DNA from: an uncultured virus (IMG/VR IMGVR_UViG_3300025120_000022)
Lineage: Duplodnaviria; Heunggongvirae; Uroviricota; Caudoviricetes
Direction: 5' to 3' (one strand)
Virus record (IMG/VR): IMGVR_UViG_3300025120_000022
DNA length: 20,000 bases
Position 1 is the first letter of the stretch. The number at the start of each line of letters is the position of its first letter. Shown one piece after another: positions 16,026 to 20,000 of this stretch. The position numbers and the translations under genes are program-made. Under the pieces are notes generated by a model. The model was given only the letters and a program-made list of their open reading frames with translations, searched no databases and was not told the DNA's origin.

Positions 16026-16243
16026 ATTTATTATTGAGACCCCTTGATCGTGTAAGTGATCCAGTGTGGAGTGTTGTTATAATTTTAATAATACTGCTTG
16101 CTGGAGTTACTTACTACATATATACAATTATCAGTATGGCATTTGAGGAGTTAGAAGATGTCGGAAATCCAAAGCGATATCCAAATCAATCAGAAGGACG
16201 CGAATCAAGATCAGGAAATAGCACTCCTAAAACATCACATTGA
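16022..16243 (+). CDS. Small single-TM membrane protein
   Basis: Hydrophobic VWSVVIILIILLAGVTYYIYTII. The tail overlaps the next gene by 86 nt. Confidence 0.65.
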   Translation: MNLLLRPLDRVSDPVWSVVIILIILLAGVTYYIYTIISMAFEELEDVGNPKRYPNQSEGRESRSGNSTPKTSH

Positions 16244-16505
16244 AGATAATGACCAAACGACAGAAGAACTCCGTAAGAGAGTTCGTAAACTTGAGAAATG
16301 GGTATGGGGTGCAGGCGCAGTTATTGCTACTGCTATCACACTGATTGGTTTTGTAACTGCTGCTGATGCAAAGCAGTTTAAAGAAGAGCAGAGTGTTGGG
16401 ATACTGACTGATAAAATCAGACAGTGGGAAGTAGAACAGAATAGAACTCCAGTGGATGATATTCTAAAAAACGCATTAAAGGAGTGGGAATTATGGCAGG
16501 AATGA
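16158..16505 (+). CDS. Coiled-coil + single-TM protein
   Basis: GAGGAG RBS at 16146-16151, a heptad-like N-terminal region, and TM segment WVWGAGAVIATAITLIGFV. Confidence 0.65.
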   Translation: MSEIQSDIQINQKDANQDQEIALLKHHIEDNDQTTEELRKRVRKLEKWVWGAGAVIATAITLIGFVTAADAKQFKEEQSVGILTDKIRQWEVEQNRTPVDDILKNALKEWELWQE

Positions 16506-16954
16506 CACCGCCAAGTCGAAAAAGTTGTTACAACTTTCGAGTAATAGAAATTAACAGGGTAGTCGATGGCGATACTATTGATGTTACTATTGACCTCGGG
16601 TTTGATCTATACAAGAAAGAAAGAGTTAGAATTGCAGGAGTTGATACACCGGAGAAAAGGACCAGAAACTTAGAGGAGAAGGCACTTGGAACCGACGCAA
16701 CCTACTGGCTCCAAGCAAAATTGGAAGGGGCGATTTCTGGCGATGATGATCTTATTATCCGTACTGAACTTGATGGGGGTGTTGGTAAATACGGGCGTCT
16801 TCTCGGTTGGCTTTATATTGGGGATGGAGACTTGTCGCTTAACGAACAAATGATCACAGAAGGTTATGCTCACCCCTATGATGGGGGAACAAAAGATATG
16901 AATCTCGAAGCATTGCGAGAGATTCGTAGAGCACGCGGTACATTGGTAGACTAA
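16493..16954 (+). CDS. Thermonuclease (SNase)-like nuclease
   Basis: RVVDGDTIDV, RVRIAGVDTPE, GKYGRLLG, LNEQMITEGYA. AGGAG at 16480-16484 supports ATG 16493. Confidence 0.88.
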   Translation: MAGMTPPSRKSCYNFRVIEINRVVDGDTIDVTIDLGFDLYKKERVRIAGVDTPEKRTRNLEEKALGTDATYWLQAKLEGAISGDDDLIIRTELDGGVGKYGRLLGWLYIGDGDLSLNEQMITEGYAHPYDGGTKDMNLEALREIRRARGTLVD

Positions 16955-16956
16955 TT

Positions 16957-17160
16957 ATGAGAAGAGAAATTTTAGAAGCTCTCAAGGCATTGTCTGTTGG
17001 GAGTATTAAGAAAGCAAAAATGAATATTGAGATATACCTTACAAACCCTGTAGGTATAGGTGAGCATTCTGACGTTCTTGGTGCAATCCAGGATCAGATT
17101 GATGCAATTGCAAAAGAAGAAGAACGTATCGAAGTAATCGAAAAGCATTTGGAGGATTAA
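16957..17160 (+). CDS. Hypothetical protein (67 aa)
   Basis: Helical ORF with an NPVGIGEHSD core, tightly packed between its neighbours. Confidence 0.7.
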   Translation: MRREILEALKALSVGSIKKAKMNIEIYLTNPVGIGEHSDVLGAIQDQIDAIAKEEERIEVIEKHLED

Positions 17161-17161
17161 A

Positions 17162-17485
17162 ATGAAAGTATTATTTGCCTTTCTTGCTACACTATTTCTT
17201 GCTGCTCCAGCATGGGCAGTAGATATCACAATGGGTTCGGGAGGGAACTTGATTTTTGAACCATCTGATGTTACAATTGACGCAGGCGAAACTATACATT
17301 TTGTAAATGGTATGTTGCCTCCTCACAATATTATTGTTGAGGGTCGTGTTGATCTCTCCCGAGAATCATTGATGTTTAATCCCGGCGAATCGCAAGACAT
17401 TAAATTTGCAGATGCAGGAGATTATAATTTCTTTTGTGGTCCTCATCAAGGAGCTGGTATGGTCGGCGCAATTCACGTAAACTAA
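17162..17485 (+). CDS. petE: Plastocyanin (phage auxiliary metabolic gene)
   Basis: Signal peptide ending AWA, type-1 Cu ligands PHN and C-G-P-H-Q-G-A-G-M, and GGAGG RBS upstream. Confidence 0.95.
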   Translation: MKVLFAFLATLFLAAPAWAVDITMGSGGNLIFEPSDVTIDAGETIHFVNGMLPPHNIIVEGRVDLSRESLMFNPGESQDIKFADAGDYNFFCGPHQGAGMVGAIHVN

Positions 17486-17499
17486 TAAATTAAAGAACA

Positions 17500-17796
17500 A
17501 TGGCAACTTACAACGTAACAGTTTGCTCCTCTGATGGAACTAAAAATGTAATTTCATGTAATGATGATACTTACATTCTTGATGCTGCAGATGAGGCAGG
17601 ACTTGATCTTCCATACTCCTGTCGTGCTGGTGCTTGTTCTACATGTGCTGGTAAAATTTTAGAAGGAACATTAAATCAGGAAGACCAATCTTTCCTTGAT
17701 GATGATCAACTTGAAGCAGGATTTGCATTACTTTGTGTAGCATATCCTACTAGTGATTGTGTTATTCAGGCAGAAGCAGAGGAGGAACTTTATTAA
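17500..17796 (+). CDS. petF: Plant-type [2Fe-2S] ferredoxin
   Basis: [36 protein letters not shown]-terminal EEELY. Confidence 0.97.
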   Translation: MATYNVTVCSSDGTKNVISCNDDTYILDAADEAGLDLPYSCRAGACSTCAGKILEGTLNQEDQSFLDDDQLEAGFALLCVAYPTSDCVIQAEAEEELY

Positions 17797-17834
17797 TTTG
17801 ATATATAATCTTATTATATTACATATTAATAGAT

Positions 17835-18092
17835 ATGCAGAAAATTATTAACGTACTTGCCCTTGCATCCTTTGGTGTATCTGCTGCTGCTATCGGTGGT
17901 GGTGCATATGTTTATCTCAATAAAGACTCTATTATTGAGAATGTAAAAGAACAAGTTGCATCTGCAGCGGCAGAAGCAATCACTGGTGCTCTACCTGGAA
18001 TGATGGACTCTGCAATGCCAGAACTTCCTAGTGCTACTGGCGGTGCTATTCCTGGTATTCCCTCTGCAACTGGTGGCGCACTTCCATTCTAA
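17835..18092 (+). CDS. Small membrane-anchored protein with a Pro/Gly-rich repeated tail
   Basis: N-terminal hydrophobic segment, and PSATGGA(I/L)P repeated twice at the C-terminus. Confidence 0.7.
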   Translation: MQKIINVLALASFGVSAAAIGGGAYVYLNKDSIIENVKEQVASAAAEAITGALPGMMDSAMPELPSATGGAIPGIPSATGGALPF

Positions 18093-18094
18093 TA

Positions 18095-18337
18095 ATGAAA
18101 GACTTAAAGGTTCCTTTTGCGATTGTATCATTCCTACTTGTTCAGGGTGCTGGTGCCGTATGGTGGGCATCCCAAGTTGATGGTAGGGTAAAGAGTTTAG
18201 AAACTCTGAGTCTTAATCTTGCAAAAGAAAATAGAAGATACATTGAGCAGGTTATTCAACCATCATATGGAATCAGTAGTTCCTGGAAAAATCAATATCA
18301 CGATGAATGGGTATTGAAAGGTGGTTGGAAAGATTAG
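18095..18337 (+). CDS. Small membrane/coiled-coil hypothetical protein
   Basis: VPFAIVSFLLVQGAGAVWWAS followed by a short coiled-coil-like segment. Confidence 0.65.
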   Translation: MKDLKVPFAIVSFLLVQGAGAVWWASQVDGRVKSLETLSLNLAKENRRYIEQVIQPSYGISSSWKNQYHDEWVLKGGWKD

Positions 18338-19143
18338 TGGACATACCTAATATCAATATTCCGAATAGTAGTATTCGTATCAGTGATATTCGTGATTTGA
18401 ATATTAATGTAATGCCTGATTGGATGGTTAATCCTCCACAGGCACTACCAATTTACCCACCCGTGACTTCACAGGTGGGTATTCCTATTGTTAATATGCC
18501 TGGATGTGTTGAGTCACATAGGGATAGTAGTGAGAATCAAACACTGAAGGAAGAAGATAGAGATGGTATTCAGACATTCTGTGATGCAGGAACTCCTAGT
18601 TATAATCCAATTGATTATGACCCACGTAGGTTAAAGATAACAACAGAGTCTTCTCCACCTCTACCAGTCATCCCAAACACTCCAGAAGCACCACCAACTC
18701 CTGAAACTCCAGCACCTCCTAAGACTGATGCTGCAAGAGCAGAGTGTCCTAGTAGAGCACAAGAATTAAAAAACCCTGTAGGAAAAATCCTAGAGGGTAA
18801 TAAAAAGATTACTGGGTATGAGACAGTAGGAAAAGAATGTCTCCCCGTATTTGAAAATTTAAATATACCTGATCAGATTGTCCAGAACATACCATCAGCA
18901 GGTATGATAACAGTTACCGCCTCAATTGCTGTGGTAGCGACGACCTCTGCACTGCTTGCAAAGCCTCTTGCTGATCTTTTGTTAAAGGTTGTGAAACCGG
19001 TTGTGAAGAAGGTAATGAAGAAGATTGCTGCCTTAAGGGGTAAGACGCCCCCTGTATTGTCTGCGACTGAGAGGAAGGCGGAGCAACGGGATAGGAACCG
19101 GGCGATAAAGGTGTTACGGTCGGCACTGAAACCGAAGGGATAG
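18337..19143 (+). CDS. Hypothetical protein with a Pro-rich linker, C-terminal TM segment and basic tail
   Basis: Start probably GTG 18337 (overlaps the upstream TAG) rather than 18307. Four Cys, PEAPPTPETPAPP linker, hydrophobic MITVTASIAVVATTSALLA, and a Lys/Arg-rich end. Confidence 0.7.
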   Translation: MDIPNINIPNSSIRISDIRDLNINVMPDWMVNPPQALPIYPPVTSQVGIPIVNMPGCVESHRDSSENQTLKEEDRDGIQTFCDAGTPSYNPIDYDPRRLKITTESSPPLPVIPNTPEAPPTPETPAPPKTDAARAECPSRAQELKNPVGKILEGNKKITGYETVGKECLPVFENLNIPDQIVQNIPSAGMITVTASIAVVATTSALLAKPLADLLLKVVKPVVKKVMKKIAALRGKTPPVLSATERKAEQRDRNRAIKVLRSALKPKG

Positions 19144-19924
19144 AGTGACGATGTTGCTTAACTGTATTAACATTTTGTACTACAACGTCTGCACACACTT
19201 TAAAATAAGGACTTCTGGGATGAAAAGAAATTCCTTGCTGCATTAATTGACCACAATTCTTTAAACGAGCTATCTCAAAATCTAATCTTTTATTAGCAAT
19301 CAACTGTTGCTGCATTTGGATTTGAGTATCTGCTGCTGTCTTACAACGTTCTTGTAGTCCACCATCAAGTGGGAAAGAAATTGTTGCGGATAAACCAATA
19401 CTAGTGCTGTAGTTTCTAGTGTCACCAGTTCTTACTGGTTTCTGCCAGAGTTCGTTTCCCGGATTATCGGGCACACCATCACCCATCATTTCCATAGTGG
19501 TGATTGGCATATCTGCACCATCTTCATAGGCACGAACTGTCTCACCTTCTGAGTTTGTATATGTCCTATTATTATAATGGTCAGACCAAGGCCAGTTCTT
19601 TACAATTGATTGAGTTTCTACTAATTGACCTTCAAAATCTCTGTTGTCGTATTGAGGTTCCATGTAGTATGTCTCAAATGGATCCTTCTCATTACGAGCA
19701 TGAGTAATGAATGGCGTTATGTTAGCAGTAGGTCCTTGACATGCGATACCACCACCATATTGGTTAGTGATATATGGACCTTGTAAGACCTGAATAGCTT
19801 GGTTCGTAACTGAGCCTGAACTATTAGCTATTGGATTTGCTGTTGCACTTACACCCCCTACATCTGCTGCATGTGCAGGGGCAGTTACAACCACAGTCAG
19901 TGCAGATAGACATAATGCTTTTAT
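18914..19924 (-). CDS. Exported hypothetical protein; start uncertain (GTG 19894 or proposed ATA 19924)
   Basis: Long ORF, open upstream of 19894 and giving IKALCLSALTVVVTAPAHA, a complete signal peptide. Mature part begins ADVGGVSATANP and has four Cys. Confidence 0.7.
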   Translation of the reverse strand: MKALCLSALTVVVTAPAHAADVGGVSATANPIANSSGSVTNQAIQVLQGPYITNQYGGGIACQGPTANITPFITHARNEKDPFETYYMEPQYDNRDFEGQLVETQSIVKNWPWSDHYNNRTYTNSEGETVRAYEDGADMPITTMEMMGDGVPDNPGNELWQKPVRTGDTRNYSTSIGLSATISFPLDGGLQERCKTAADTQIQMQQQLIANKRLDFEIARLKNCGQLMQQGISFHPRSPYFKVCADVVVQNVNTVKQHRHSIPSVSVPTVTPLSPGSYPVAPPSSQSQTIQGASYPLRQQSSSLPSSQPVSQPLTKDQQEALQAVQRSSLPQQLRR

Positions 19925-20000
19925 TGGGTAAAGATACTTGTTGTGTCGGTTATGCTGGTAACGTCCGTGGTTCTTTGAATCACAGTTTGATTTGTTACAC
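19921..20000 (-). CDS. 3' end of an upstream - strand gene truncated by the window edge
   Basis: Reverse strand reads ...VTNQTVIQRTTDVTSITDTTSIFTQ*, with TAA at 19923-19921. Thr-rich and beta-strand-like. Confidence 0.6.
   Translation of the reverse strand, partial: VTNQTVIQRTTDVTSITDTTSIFTQ

Noticed and set aside
1177..17229. Short - strand ORFs in the track (e.g. 1177-1401, 3731-3919, 6421-6819, 9971-10285, 11259-11519, 14750-14959, 15410-15667, 16972-17229)
   Set aside because: All lie antisense to well-supported + strand genes, have no recognisable motifs, and are best explained as shadow ORFs.
18020..18090. PSATGGA tandem repeat as a DNA repeat element
   Set aside because: It is repeated only at the protein level with diverged codons, consistent with an ordinary low-complexity tail.
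19504..19707. + strand His-rich ORF
   Set aside because: It is an antisense shadow of the long - strand gene. The His runs derive from complementary GAT/GGT/ATG codons.

Overview
This window looks like part of a large T4-like cyanophage (myovirus) genome infecting marine Synechococcus or Prochlorococcus. The assignment is inferred from the AT-rich, tightly packed genes, a T4-type late promoter (TATAAATA), phage-type petE/petF, and the SleB-like, SNase-like and small membrane genes. Positions 1-12065 form a translationally coupled surface-glycan island on the + strand. It holds two NAD-dependent epimerases, a GT10, NadE, a UDP-sugar dehydrogenase, three GT11 paralogues, two GT2/GT7-like paralogues, two SAM-methyltransferase-like genes, a GT25, and a compact heptose module (HddA-like kinase, GmhA, HAD-phosphatase/nucleotidyltransferase fusion). 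Positions 12452-13057 form a separate transcription unit: stacked promoters, palindromes and a two-hairpin leader ahead of a small beta-barrel outer-membrane protein and a terminator. Positions 13063-19143 carry a cell-wall hydrolase, an HEXXH protein, many small membrane proteins, a nuclease, plastocyanin and ferredoxin. A - strand gene set converges at the right end. The main second-look items are the hybrid NDP-heptose pathway, a 37-nt exact repeat containing a sigma70-like promoter inside two GT11 genes, NadE embedded in the glycan cluster, the regulatory leader of the OMP gene, two unannotated microproteins, and a probable AUA start coupled through an ATAA overlap. All functional calls come from motif recognition only; no database searches were run.
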